Assembly (NCBI GenBank): GCA_030770535.1
Contig: JASVEC010000016.1
Coordinates: 1 to 64,000, forward strand
DNA length: 64,000 nucleotides
Source: Batkoa obscura
Taxonomy: Eukaryota
Reading direction: 5' to 3'
Made by a program: the position numbers and the translations under genes. A model generated the notes under the pieces. It had not been told where the DNA came from, made no database searches, and saw only the letters and a program-made list of their open reading frames with translations. The first letter of the stretch is position 1; each line of letters opens with the position of its first letter. Shown here one piece after another: positions 28,291 to 42,279 of this stretch.

Positions 28291-29601
28291 ATGGAATTCA
28301 AAAAAATATATCTGTGGGCTATATTGTTACTTATAGCTATTTTAGGCGTGGATGCTCACGGTCATCACCATCACCACCATCATCATGGTAGTGATACGCC
28401 TAAGGATCATGCCCATGCGAATTTTCATAAAGGAGAGATTCCCAAAGATCATTTTCACGCTGGTATACATAAGGATCATGCTCATGGTCACAGTCATACC
28501 CATCATCACGACTCTAAGTTTGAAAGTAAAGTTAACTATATCCTTGACTTACTGTTCCCTAGTCAAAGCCCAATGTTCAACTCTTTCTTATCTACATTTT
28601 ATATCTCGTTTTTTCCAAATATATTATTGCTATTTGTTCCAAGTCAAATTAGAGCCTCAAGCCTTAATGTGTTAGTAAGTTTTGCTGTAGGCGGATTATT
28701 AGGTGATGTTTTTTTACATCTTCTTCCCCATACTTTCATGGATGCTTTTAGTGCTGGTCTCAATCCAGAAGAACTAACTATAAGAAATATATGCATTGGG
28801 TTGGCAATATTTGCTGGGGCTCTTAGTTTCTATTTTTTGGATAAGCTCTTAAGAATTGTATCTGGAAATAAGGGTCATAGTCATAGTCATGGACATAGTC
28901 ATAATCACACTCATTCGCATAAAGGTGAGAAAGATTCAGCTACAAGTACAGGATTAGATTCCAAAGAAGAATCAGGCTCCTCGTTAAGGAAAAGAAAGGA
29001 AGAAAAAAACAATAAAGATGATTCAGATAAGCAAGATAACAAGGAAATCAAACAAGTGAAATTATCGGCTTATCTTAACCTTATCGCAGATTTTTCACAT
29101 AATTTTACTGATGGTCTTGCTATTGCTGCTTCTTTTTATTTTTCTCGTTCTATTGGTATTTCTACAACCATTGCTGTTTTCTTTCATGAGATTCCTCATG
29201 AAGTTGGTGATTTCGCTATTTTGTTACAATCTGGCTTTTCTCGTTTAGAAGCTCTCTATTCTCAATTTATAACCGCAATAGGAGCCATGTTAGGCACAGC
29301 AGCTGGAGTTGCAATCCAAGAACTATTAAACAATCAAGAGCAAGTGAATAATAATGAAATTTCAAAACTATTTGGATACTTACCTATTTCTGCAAGTGAT
29401 CTTGTATTACCAATTACTGCAGGCGGCTTTTTATATATTGCAACAGTCTCTGTTATACCTGATTTACTTGAAACACCCAATGATTTAGAGAATGAAAAGA
29501 AAGAAACAAGTAAACTCGCTTTAGGAGTTCAACTTTTTAAAGAAGTGCTAGCTATGTTATTAGGGGTCGCATTGATGGCTTTAGTATCATTATACGAATA
29601 A
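28291..29601 (+). CDS. YKE4: ZIP-family zinc transporter, ZIP7/KE4 type, single exon (alternative start 28255)
   Basis: Signal peptide, His-rich tracts, SFAVGGLLGDVFLHLLPH, HNFTDG, HEIPHEVGDFAIL. Confidence 0.94.
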   Translation: MEFKKIYLWAILLLIAILGVDAHGHHHHHHHHGSDTPKDHAHANFHKGEIPKDHFHAGIHKDHAHGHSHTHHHDSKFESKVNYILDLLFPSQSPMFNSFLSTFYISFFPNILLLFVPSQIRASSLNVLVSFAVGGLLGDVFLHLLPHTFMDAFSAGLNPEELTIRNICIGLAIFAGALSFYFLDKLLRIVSGNKGHSHSHGHSHNHTHSHKGEKDSATSTGLDSKEESGSSLRKRKEEKNNKDDSDKQDNKEIKQVKLSAYLNLIADFSHNFTDGLAIAASFYFSRSIGISTTIAVFFHEIPHEVGDFAILLQSGFSRLEALYSQFITAIGAMLGTAAGVAIQELLNNQEQVNNNEISKLFGYLPISASDLVLPITAGGFLYIATVSVIPDLLETPNDLENEKKETSKLALGVQLFKEVLAMLLGVALMALVSLYE

Positions 29602-29798
29602 TAAATTTATTTTCTAGAACAATTTTAACTTATTGTATATATTATTTAAGGATAGTTCCAATTATAAGTTATATTTGGTATGATTAGAAAAATGTTATAT
29701 AATTGATTGAAAAAACTATGGTATAATACAATATATTTTAATGAGAAGGCATACTTTTTAATGTTATTAATAACATAATAACATAATTAATAACATAA

Positions 29799-31673
29799 TT
29801 AATTAAGATCTAAATGTGTTTTCGTATTTTCATAAACGACATAAAAAATGGAAACTGATGGAACAACCTAATAATATATATTAGTAACTTAATGACTGAT
29901 AACTAAAAAGAACAAACTTTTAATAGTGTCGGTGTTAATCCTTTATAAAACCCTTTCAAAGCTTCCTTTTCATAAGTAAGCTGTATGGCATGGAAAGCAT
30001 TTCTATAAACTTGGGGATGTGTTGGGGTTCCTTGGGCTTGTAGTCTATTCATATTTAAAATCAAGTCATAAACCTTACTATTCTATTACCTTGTTCTAAT
30101 TAATGAAAGAGGATAAACTGCAACTGCACCCAATGTTCCAGACATCATTCCACATGAAAGTGTAACAAGTGGATTGGGTCTAGTATCAGGAGGTAGCTGC
30201 TTATGCTTTAAATAACTTAATTTTAGAGTTTCAAATAAAGCCAAGTCAATAGCAGCAAATGGAAAAACACCAATTAAAGTTGGTGCAATCCCTTTAAACA
30301 AACCTCGTAAGCCATATTGTGCAGTTATGTTTTTACCAGTTTCTAAGACTGAACCAGGCTTTGATAATTCGGACATTCTCCTAGTTTTAATCAATTCTAA
30401 TGGATAAATTAGTGTTTGGGAAGCAAGCCCTGCAATTCCACCAGCCAAAAGTCTATCGTAAGAAGTAAGTACTTCATTTTTGTTTCCACCTTTCAAATGT
30501 AATATATAAGATTTTGCTGTTTCAAAAGCATAAAATTTCATAGCTGATTCTGGGATAATTTTTACTATATTTAGCCCATTACCACGGAAGAAATTAAAAA
30601 AACCTCCTTCATTATAGAGTTGAAAGACTGCATATTTTACAGTTGTGATCCACCTAGTAATAGCAGAAACAAAGCTTCTTTTTGTTACTACAGTTGTGGT
30701 ATTTTGAGTTGGAAAATTAGCACATGTTTGTAAATAAACCTTTAATCTATCTAAAGGTGCCGTAAAAGTTCTACTCACTGCTCCAGCAATACCACCTGCT
30801 AATAAATAATATACTTTTGACTTGAAATTAAATTGATTGCTGCTTATTACTGATATTTCGCCATCAAACGTCATTAAATTCATAGCTTGAGTATATTGAT
30901 ATATATTTTGAATAGTCAAATCTCTAGGTAAGAACTAAAAGGACAATTAAATTTTATATAAATATAAATGTTATATTTTACTAATAAAAAATTTCTCCAT
31001 TCTGCGAAATCGATAGAGCCATCCCCATCTGTATCCATTTTTGTTACAATTTCTTCTAATTCTTCGGGGTTTACTTCGATACCTATGACTATTATTAAAG
31101 TTGTTTTAAATAATTATAAACTATTACCTGCTCTTTTTAATGAAGAGGAAAGTTCTTGAGGTTGAAGCTTTAAGTCTTGAGATACATCAATTTGCTTAAA
31201 AAGATCCCATAAAGCAGCTTCTTGTGCTAAAACAAACCTTCTAAATTCAATATAATCTATTATGCCATCTCTTGAAGCATCAGCTACTTTCAGTAGTTCA
31301 TGGGCATAAGATTGAATGGGTATCCCAGGTGCTTTTGTAGATGAGCGTTCAAAATACCTATAAATGTGTTTTGAAGTAATCCCATCACCTATTTTCTTTC
31401 CAGATAATTTTATTTCATTTTCTTCACCTTCAGTTAATTGGGTCATAAAGCCACGAAATAGTTGAATTATCCTTTCTTCTCTTTCTAATGCATTCTCATG
31501 ATCAGGTGAAAATGGTGGAACTAAGTCCTTTTTTTTTAATGAAATTAACTTTTCTTCTCCTTTTCTTGATTCTAGTCCAGTTATTTGACTAATGTTGTTA
31601 TCTATACAACTAGTATTAACATATTAAATTTATTAGATAAAAATAATAATATACTTTGTGGTCCAGCGCCCAT
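29799..31673 (-). CDS. SAL1: Ca-binding mitochondrial ATP-Mg/Pi carrier (SCaMC/Sal1), multi-exon
   Basis: EF-hands (DASRDGIIDYIEF, DTDGDGSIDFAEW), AGGIAGAVSRTFTAPLDRLKV, FFRGNGLNIVKIIPESAMKF, RLQAQGT. Confidence 0.93.
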
Positions 31674-32584
31674 GTTATTTAATAATAAATAATGTAAATT
31701 AAAGTTAAAATTTAAGATTGGAGGGGTAAAGTCTTTTTGAAATTTCTCCTCAAACATGAATAAACGGTTTTTTATGTTCTTTTACTTCAACTTTATTAAT
31801 GATCAAAGAAAGTTAACTGTAGTTTTTTATATTTATATTTTTGAGTTTTTTTGATAAATTAGGGATTGAATTTTTAATTTATGATTGATCCCAAGATCTC
31901 AGATTAATAACACAACCTAATGGTAATTTAATTGATTGGCTATTCTCATAAAAATAAAATTTATTTAATCATAATGAATTTATCTGTATAAATAATTTAT
32001 AAATGATTACAAGTCAGCTTACTCTTTTTAATTTTGTATAAATTTATTAACAAAATAATAAGTTCAAAAATTAAAATTAAAATAAAAAATACTTTTTAGT
32101 TTTATTTAATCTTTAAAATAATGGTCAAAGTTATTATTATTATTTTAACCAAAATTAAAATTGTTTTAGGTTTTGATAGTATTAACTTATAGACTATCAT
32201 TTAAATTATGAAATAAAATTAATAGACATAATAATTTAAAGAATTTAGTTTTCTTTATTTTTTATTATGTAAAGGCAAAGTGTAACATTTGTTGATAATG
32301 AAAGTGAAGTTTATTATATTTAATAAATTTAATTTTAAATCATAAATTAACAATATGATTATTAATATCATATTATGACTTAAAAGATTTTATTTATTAT
32401 CTTTATTAAAACTAATTTTAATAATGAAATCTTAAATTACTGTTTACTATTTAAGTTTAAGTTAAGCAGTGAGGATGTAAGTCGACATTTAATAAAATAA
32501 TAAAACAATAATAAAACAATAATAAAATTCAAATTGTGAATAAACGGCAAATAAATTTTTAGTTTCTATATTTTAATCAAATGT

Positions 32585-34263
32585 CTATTTTTTCTTATTG
32601 CTGTCCTTATTAACTTTAAACTTAAAAAACATCATATCCCCATCCTCTACAACATAATCTTTACCTTTTTGATATTGTTTTCCAGCAGCTTTTACAGCAG
32701 ATTCACTTTTAAACAAATACATAAGCTAGGTTTATTTAGACAAATAAAATTATTTTACCTTCCGAGTTCTTTCAATTCATTGAATTTAATTACTTCTGCT
32801 GCAATAAATCCTTTTTCAAAATCACTATGTATTACTCCTGCTGCTTGAGGAGCTTTGGATCCTTTCTGTTAATTATATCAAGTATTATTTTATATTATAG
32901 TAATTATAAATTTGTACCAAAATAGTCCATGCTCTAACTTCATCTGAACCAGCAGTAAAATAATGATCTAAATCAAGTGCAGAATAGCCACATTTAATTA
33001 TATCAGATAATGCTGATTGAACTTCCATTTCTTTTAATTTGTTTTGCTTTTCTTCCGGATTTAATAAGGAAAGCTATATATAAAATTAGAGTGTATAATA
33101 TAATCATCTTAAAATGTTATACCTCGTGCTCTAATTGTGCACTAAACGTTATTAATTTATCACCTGGGTTATTCTTTTCAATCCATGTTTTTAACTTACT
33201 TACCCTTAATATTCTTATTAATGTATATTATTAGATATTATACTATTTTACCATGGATTATCACCAAGCATATATTCATCCACAGACAAATTTGCTAGAT
33301 AAATAACTGGTTTCGCTGATATTAAATGCAATGAATTAATAAATTCAATCTATTTTATAGAAATTATAATTCAATATAAATATTAGTACAATACTTTTTT
33401 TACCTCTTTGTTACTCCAGTCTCCTTTTCTAATATCCATTTCTTTATTTTCAACCCAATCTAATAATTTTTCTGTAATTTCCTATAACAATTATTAAACA
33501 ATTTAATTTATTTATTTCAATCTTACAAGTTCATCTTCTCCAATTTTTTCTTTCTTCTTTATTTTTTTGATAGTTTCAATATGTCTAGTAAGATATTCCA
33601 TATCTTTAATTCTTAATTCATTATGTATAATATCTAAATCTCTAGTTGGATTAATTTTATCTTCAACATGAATAATATTTTCATCTTCAAAAGATCCTAA
33701 AATACTTTAATAAGCTGATCAATTTATATATTGGTTGTTCACTTACTACAAACGTGAAAGATAGCATCTACTGATCTAATATGGTTTAAAAATGCATTTC
33801 CTAAACCTGCTCCATTAGCTGCTCCTTTTACTAAACCAGCAATATCTATGACAGTCAAATAAGCAGGTATTTTGGATTTTGGATTATAATGTTGGCATAA
33901 CCAATCAAACCTTTCATCTGGTACTGCTACTCTTGATTCAGCAGGATCTAAAATTTACTTATAATAAATGTTGATTTCAATAACTAGATTCATACCAATA
34001 GTGCAGAATGGAAAATTTTCAGCAGGTACTGAAGACTCTGTTATAGCATTAAAAAACGTAGATTTGCCGACATTTGGTAAACCAACTACACCAATTTTAA
34101 GGTTATTACTTGGTCTACCTAACCTTAATTTTACTTCTTCGTTGATTATTTCTCCTTTCCTTTGTTTCTTGGAAAAATTTATTGAAGTATTGGACAAATG
34201 ACGTATCAAAAAGGATTGTTTTGTATTTATTATAGTATATGTTTTAAATCTATTTAGTAGCAT
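32585..34263 (-). CDS. OLA1: Obg-like ATPase Ola1/YchF, multi-exon, with N-terminal extension
   Basis: [82 protein letters not shown]. Confidence 0.94.
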
Positions 34264-34386
34264 CCTTATTAATATCGAGATTGTTAGAAAAAAATAAGAT
34301 ACAACTTTAGCCAATAAAAATTATGTAAACTTATAAAATAAATGCTTTAAATTTTTTATTGCTTCTTTATTGTCAAAAATCATAAA

Positions 34387-35079
34387 ATGGAGGAAGAAGC
34401 AAAAAGAAGAAAAGAAAGATTAGCTAAGCTTAAACAAAAGACACTAGCAAATAGAAAAAATGATGATGATAATGAAGAAAAGTAAAATATATATTAATAT
34501 AATAAGTTATGATTTATTGTTTTAGGCCAGTATTAAGGTTTAGAAACTTTGAACCAACAAGTGAATTATTAATACAAAAGAGTAATTTAAATTCAACAGA
34601 AGAGAATACAAATGAAGGAAATGATTCTGAAGTCAAAATAAGTAAAAAAAGAGAAAGCGAAGGTATATTAAATGCAAAAACAGTAGAGGAAGAAGTAAAG
34701 GGGATAACTGATAAAATAATACAAGAACAAAAGATAAAGATGGAAGAAGAAGTGGTAATAGTTATGATAAAATGATTATAATTTGCAAATTAATATTCTT
34801 AATAGAATTTAACTAATTTAGCACCATCAAAACCAAATTGGGATTTGAAAAAAGATATCATGAAAAAATTAAATAAGTTAGAAAACCAAACTCAACTCAA
34901 AATACATCAAATTGTTCGTAAGTTTTTTATTTAGAATAATTTAATTTTCTCTTATATTTAATTTAGGTGATAGAATTAAATCAAATAATAACAGTAAACA
35001 ATCAAATACTTCATTGTTAGAAGCCATTAACACGCAAGTACAACTAGACCAAAAGGAAAGTGAGCAAGAAGAAGATTAA
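34387..35079 (+). CDS. CWF18: Splicing factor Cwf18/CCDC12, 4 exons
   Basis: MEEEAKRRKERLAKLK, LRFRNFEP, NLAPSKPNWDLKKDI. Confidence 0.9.
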
Positions 35080-35249
35080 AATAAATTTTTTTAAATTTAA
35101 GAAATAAATTACTTTTTTTATCATTAATTTTTATATACAGTTATAAACAATTAGGAACAAAAAATAAGGAAAGAATGAACTATAAAACAATTTGATTTTA
35201 TTACATCTTAATAGCTATAATTATAGTTTAGGACTAAAATCAAATTCAT

Positions 35250-38200
35250 TTAATCTTTTTTTTGATATACTTCAAGTGGAATAACAGATTTAGGAGCAGG
35301 AGAAAGTTCTTGGGAAGCAATCCAAGCAACAAGGTCTTCAATAACTTCACCACAATCTTTAAGAGTAAAATTCAATTCGTTATCTTTTTTAACTTTTTGA
35401 GACACCATATGAATTGAAATTTTACGTCTGTTTGGTGCTTCACGAATAACACAGTTTTTAATCATACTAATAAGCTTATCTTTATTTACTTTACGTAAAA
35501 TAGAAACGACAGATTCGGCTATTAAATAAAATTGAAATCAATATTTTATTAATACTATATAAAAATAAAATTACCTTCATCAAAATCACAAAAATCAGTA
35601 CTAATAGCATTCCATTTACGATTAGCATATCTTGGTAGATTGTCGTCTTTTTTGAGTTTGTTAATAATTAAACCTTGTACTTTATTGTTAAATTCTTCTT
35701 CAGTATAATTTTCTACAATTTTCTATAATTACTTAATAAATAAATGAATAAATAAATATTAATTTTAAATTTACCAAAAAATTTTCCAAAAAATTTTCAA
35801 TCCTAGATTCTAAGTAAATTGGATCTCTTTCACTTTGAATAATAATACGAATACCACCTCTACAAGCTAAAGAACGATCTCCACCAAATACAATATAGCC
35901 TAATTGTTCAACAGTACGCAATTGATTAAAAGCTGGTTCGCTAATTAAATACCCAATAAGTTCAGAATAACTCCTTCGTTCTAAATCAAAATAAGAATAT
36001 AAATCAAGATAAAATTCAATTGCTGAATCAAAAGTATCTGGATTAGATACTTGTTTTTGATGGACATAAGAGCAGTTTGGTTTTGGAAGATAAACATTTC
36101 TTCTTGGTATTCTTTCTGCTGAATATAATTTATTAAATTTAAACAATTCATGAATATGTTTATAAATTTTAATTGAATCCTATAATCAAAATTATTATTT
36201 AGTCATTAATTAAAAAAATGATAATATAATATAATATAGTATGATATAATATAACTTACTTCGGCAGTAAAGTTACCACAAATGAATGTATCCGTATAAG
36301 CACGAGAAAAGAATTCTTTTGTAAATTCTTTGACTTCACTAGAAGTAATAGCTATAGATTGAAAATTTAATATAGTTTATATAAATTATATAAATTATTA
36401 CATGGTGCTTCAATGTATTTTTCATCATCAGTCCATGCTTTCTCACATAAAGCATAATGAGTATAATAAGCTACATGATTATAGGGTGCATTTAATTTAG
36501 AATTAAGCAACGTTCTTAAATACTAATAATATTATTTATTATATTTAAATTAATAATTGATAATATTGAACTTACTTTTTCTTTACAATTATCAAATATT
36601 GCTTCATTAATATCAAATTGAGTTATATGTTTAATGACTTCTAATAATAATGTCTCAAGTTTATGGCTATAACCATCAACACCTATACTTAATCCATTAT
36701 ATCGATTAGATAAACTATAGCTTAATCCTGCAATTGAAGCATCATAACTGAATTCATTTAAATTTTCAGTTAATATTAATTTTAATAACTCTAAACAACA
36801 GAAGTGTCTTGGAGATGTATAAACAAATGGATTTTTAACAAATAAAGATAGGCTTGCTTTTGGTACTTTAAATTTACTACTACGATCATACCATAAGCTA
36901 CCATTTTCATCCTTTATTAATAATAATGGGTTCTAAATTACAACATATCAGATATAAATTATTATTATAAATTATTACTATAAATCATTACCTTTTGATT
37001 TGAAACAAATTCAGTTGATAAATCAAAATTGGTAGGTATAAATGGATTTGATTTAGGTAGATAAAGTCTTGAGTTTAACTCAATTGAATTTAGTTCCTAT
37101 TAAAATACAATATTAGTATATTAAATGTATATAAAAAAATTTGTTCTCACTTTAATAAAATCATTGTCTAACTTTTCAATTGCATAATTTGTACCATACC
37201 AAGCCTCTTGCTTTAAATCTTTTCTATCTTTAACTGATTTTGAGACCACAGTAATCCTATTAAATAATAAAATGTAAATAATAAAATATAAATAGCAACA
37301 AATAGCAACAAATAACTAATTACATCAATTTTTCTGGCTTAAAATAATTCAACAATTCATTTACTGCTTCTGGATCATATTTCTTTAATAGGCTAGAGCT
37401 GCATAAAACTTCATTTGCTGGAAATGGACGATGAAGTCTATTTGCTAACCTTGAAACATAACTAGATACATTAGATTTTTCTTGAAATTTAAAATTAGCC
37501 TCATGAATTGATTGTATCTAAAAAACAATATCATTAAACGTTACTTATGATAGCTACCAATTATTATATTACTTCTTTAAAATGACTTTCATTAACTCCT
37601 TCATGGGAAAGTAATTTGATATATTGATAAATTATTTTAATTATATTTTCAATATTTTCTATTTTGATAAATTAATAAATTATCATAACTTATTGCATTA
37701 AATTACCTAAGCCAGATACAGTCAATTCAACTTCAATTTCAAAAAAACAAAAGGCAGGGTTATTATGCTGTGAACCAGCATAAAGTGAAGTTACCCAACT
37801 CTTTTCTTTTAATAAAGATAATATAGAGCCTGGTCCTTCATGACCAATAAAGTGAGATAATATGGTTGCAGGCTAAAGTTTAATTATTGTATTATATTAT
37901 ATGAGTAGAAATAAGTTACTCTTGATTCGTAATTATTAGTTTGCGAGGGAATTTCAAAAGATAATGAAAGGCTACGTGTATCTTTAACTGGTACAACATA
38001 TACTTTAGTCTAATAAAATAGTTATAATGTAAATATGAATTATATAAAGAGTATTAAAATTGAATTACATTAAAATGTTCTTGTGGAGTTGGAGAGTCGA
38101 AATGAATTGGTGGTTCAATATTGAGATTTCTAACTAATGAGAAACGAGGAATTACCCATTCAGTTAATTTATCAAGGGATTCTTAATAAAATTAGTATTT

Positions 38201-39146
38201 ATCATTAAAATATTATATTATATTATATTATTTGATTACCTTTTCCACTTACAACGAGTTTCATGATATTTGATGAATAAAATTTATTATAAAACTTTAA
38301 TAACTCTTCTCTTGTATCAATTCCTTTTGATTTTGGTTCTTCGAGTAAAGTATCCAAATTACCTATTAAAAATGAATGAGTTTCTATTATAAACTAATAT
38401 ATAACAATTAAAAATACCTGTAGAAAAGCGTGAAAATGGATGGTCTTTTTTACTAAATGATTTATGAAGTTGCATAAATCTCCAACCGTCATTTTGTAAA
38501 TTCTTTTTATTTTCTAAAGTTTATAAATTATTATTTTATCCTTATTATTTTATAAAAATAAAATACCCGAGTCTACTGCTTTGATTTCTCTTTCAGTACA
38601 GCTTGCGCTAAAAAGCGAAGAAATAAAGAATTGAGAGAATCTATCAAATCATTTATTCATTATTATTAATGTTATATAATATCAAGTAATTACTTATCCA
38701 AAGCACCTTCAAGATGGTTGGGACCTACTTCAAAGTAATAGTTGGTATGATCATAAGAAGTATAAGCGTTAGAATAACCAGAATTCTCAGCTAAATACTT
38801 TAAATACTATTAGTTCCTAAACTACATTTTATTATATTATTTTTATTACCTCTGAATAATCATTTTCTTTTGGATATTTTTCTGTTCCCATAAATAATAA
38901 ATGTTCACAAAAATGAGCTAAACCTGGTAATTCAACAGGATCATTCTGGGAACCAACATGAACATCTAAAGAAGCAGCTGCTTTATCACCATTTGGATCT
39001 GAAATTAATAATACAGTCAAGTCATTGTTTAATATGATATATCGATATTCTCTATCATCTACTGAACTTTTAATAACTGGTTCAGTAAGCTGTTTATATG
39101 ATAATTCGTTGTTAAATTCTTTAGCTTCAAAGTTATTGGAAGTCAT
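35250..39146 (-). CDS. STE23: Insulysin / peptidase M16A (Ste23-like), copy 2; exon layout matches copy 1 where compared
   Basis: [36 protein letters not shown]; inverted paralog of 2657-6452. Confidence 0.93.
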
Positions 39147-39311
39147 GTTATTTTTTTACTTTTTTAAATAAAAAACTTTATTAAAATTTAAAATTTAATT
39201 TAAACTTTTAATTTGATGACGCAGTATTTAATAAAATTTTCATTAAAAAATTGATGTTTATAAAATATGATTCAATAAAATAAAAAACTAATATAGATAA
39301 AATTTATTTAA

Positions 39312-40497
39312 TTAAAGTTTATTATTAATATTATTATAAACTTCATTTTGATCACCAACAGTGATAACCACTTTAGCATAAGATTTACGATCTTTTAAAA
39401 GAGATAATGCTTGTGGTGTTTCAGAAATATCAAAAATGTCTGGATAGATTAAAGGAATAAGTTGTTTATCAGTTAACCATTTTAAAATTTGAGTCCAAAT
39501 TTCAGGTATAACTTTAGGTTGATGTTGAGTATAAGCACCCCAATGTAAACCAACAATTGAAATATTTTTTAACAAAATACGATTAGTTTGAACAGCTTCA
39601 TGTTTCCCAATAGCAAACCCAATGACAATAATTTTACCACTAAACTTTAGGCATGAAACAGAATCATTGACCAATCCAACAGGATCATAAACACAATCAA
39701 CTCCTTTTTTATTTGTTATTTCTTTAACTTTATTAATCCATTCTTTCCCTTCAGTTTTAATATTAACAATATAATCTGCTCCATAATCTTTAACTATCTT
39801 TAATTTATTATCATCCGTTCCTGTAGCAATAACTGTAGCGCCTAATAACTATATATTCTTTAATATTTGCTATATAAATAAATAAATAGTTTACTTTTGC
39901 CATTTTTACAGCAACAATACCGACACCACCGGTTGAACCATGAATTAAAATAGTTTCTCCTATTAAATTATTAACTTCAAGTAATCTAATATTACTATTA
40001 ATAATAATTACCTTGTTTCAATTCAGCCCTTAATTTAAGAGCAGATAAAGCAGTGGGATAAGTAATAAATAAACCAGAACCTTGAATATAACTTAAGTTA
40101 TCTGGTAAATGAAATAAAGCCTTTTCATTAATAGCTATATATTCAGCATTGGCGCCTAAGCCACATCCAAACACCCGATCTCCAACTTTATATTTTTTAC
40201 TATTTTTAACCTGTGTTACTATTCCTGCAAACTAATAAATAAATAACATATACATATAATAAGATGCTCAATAGAATGACTTACCTCAGTACCCAAGATA
40301 AAAGGAGCTTTTTGTTTAATTTGATAAGTTCCTTTGATCATCAAAATATCATAAAAATTCAAACCACATGCTTTGATTTTTACTAACACATCTCCTTCTT
40401 TTTTTAATTCTGGTTTAGCTATATCTTGATATTTAATATCCTTAATATTGTCACTTAATTTATCAACTATAATAGCTTTCATTTTATAATCTTTCAT
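39312..40497 (-). CDS. NADPH:quinone oxidoreductase (MDR/zeta-crystallin family), 4 exons
   Basis: ACGLNFYD...GTYQ...PFILGTE, TYPTALSAL, LIHGSTGGVG, GVDCVYDPVG, VIGFA, NRILLKNISIVGLHWG. Confidence 0.9.
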
Positions 40498-40893
40498 AAA
40501 ACAAAAAGTCCAAAATCTGATTTTTTTGTTAATATATTTTTAAATTATCAGGTGACATAATGAATTGAAGTCATTTTAAAATTCAAAAACTATTGTTTTC
40601 ATATGGTTTATTTTAATGTGCTTAATAAACAATATTTAAGCATTATCCGAGAGTGCGCGGCAAAGTTAAAGCGACAGTACATTTGATGAAATTTTAATGA
40701 CATTTATATGTTTTTGAAATGTTAGTGATTTTGTAAAATCTGCTATTTCTCTAAACTTTATTATACACTCAAAAACAGTATGGTATGGGCACCTTATAAA
40801 AAATCATTTACAATAAAAATTAAATAAATAATAAAAATAGTAAATAACATAATGATACTTTATATTTTATTTAATAATCATAACAACAAACTA

Positions 40894-41731
40894 TTACCCT
40901 TTTTTAGCTGGTTCAACGTAATATGATACTGCTGGTTGAATTTTACCTAATGCTTCACAAGCTTTAAGCCAATCTGGTTTAACAATGGCAACATTCCATT
41001 GTAAGGCTAACTCATAATTAGGTGATACTGTACTATTACACAATAAATCTGTAGTTTCAATCGATACTTCAGTCGACCATTTAGCACCAATCCTTTGGAC
41101 ACACTTTTTAAGTTCCTCAATCTCTAAGCTTGATAATGTAGAATCTAAGCATACATTAATCCCTGATAAATTAGATAGTGTTAATGTACGTTCTTCTACT
41201 TTATTGGATGTATAAACTCCAGAAGATGTACTCATTATAATAGATAAATCATATAACGTATCCATATCTAAACCAGATATCTTTAGTTTATTTCCTTGTG
41301 TTGGTAAAGAACTTGGCATCTTAATTCCTTTTTTGTAAACAGTAAATGAGCGTAAATCACAAGAAAATAATTCTAAAGGTTCCCATTCTAAAACAATAGA
41401 AGTTTGTGTAATTGCAGATATTTTAATAGCTGGTGGTTTGGGATAATGGGTTCCATATTGCAATAAAATTTCCTCTTGTAATTCCATAAATGAGTCTAAT
41501 TTTTCTTTTTCTGTACCATATTCTCTTGATACTTGTACTTTAACTATAGCTCCAGTAGACACACCCTCAGGTAACAAAATAGAAGGAAACTCAATTAAAT
41601 GATTATCTTCAGTTAATAAGATTGCCTATTTGAAACTAAGAATGAGTCAATTTAAATAAAATTACAAATTAATCAATTACCAAACCAGCGTCTACTTTTC
41701 CAACTGTAAATAAGGAACTTGTTGAATCCAT
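40894..41731 (-). CDS. CHS5: Exomer subunit Chs5 (N-terminal dimerisation, FN3 and BRCT domains), 2 exons
   Basis: FTVGKVDAGL|AILLTEDNHLIEFPSILLP, TQTSIVLEW, KISGLDMDTLY, IVKPDWLKACE. Confidence 0.93.
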
Positions 41732-42128
41732 TTTATATTTTATATTTTATATTTTATATTTAATGTATAATAATTTTATTTAAAAATAATCAATTTAGTT
41801 AATTCTTAATAAATTTATAAACACTAATTAATGACAAGTTCAACCAATGGTAAGACATTATGTTCCTATTACAACAACCAATCAATAAAGACACTCTGTA
41901 ATCATTATAAAAATATTTTGTTATTATTTGTATAAGTAACGAGTCTTATAATATTAATTATAATATATATTATTTATTTTTAAGTTTAAATGTTTTAATC
42001 CCTTTCTAGTTTAACAATATATAAATAAATTAATATAAAATATTGCTAAATATAACGAAATATTACTGTTAATAAGAACTTTATTCAGTGTGTTTTTTTT
42101 ACTCTTGAAAAATCAAACTTAAGTATTT

Positions 42129-42226
42129 GGGAATGTGTTTTTGTATCAAAGAATTTTACTAACAATTTTTCCGCTTAAATAACGCTTAAAAAATGGAAAA
42201 AATAATGAAGTCAAAAAAACACTCCC
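42129..42226 (-). mobile_element. MITE copy just 3' of the P450 gene
   Basis: GGGAATG...CACTCCC, ATTT target duplication. Confidence 0.92.
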
Positions 42227-42279
42227 ATTTTATTAACTAAGATAAAATAAAATACTTAAGTCAGTAAACTTAAGGGACT

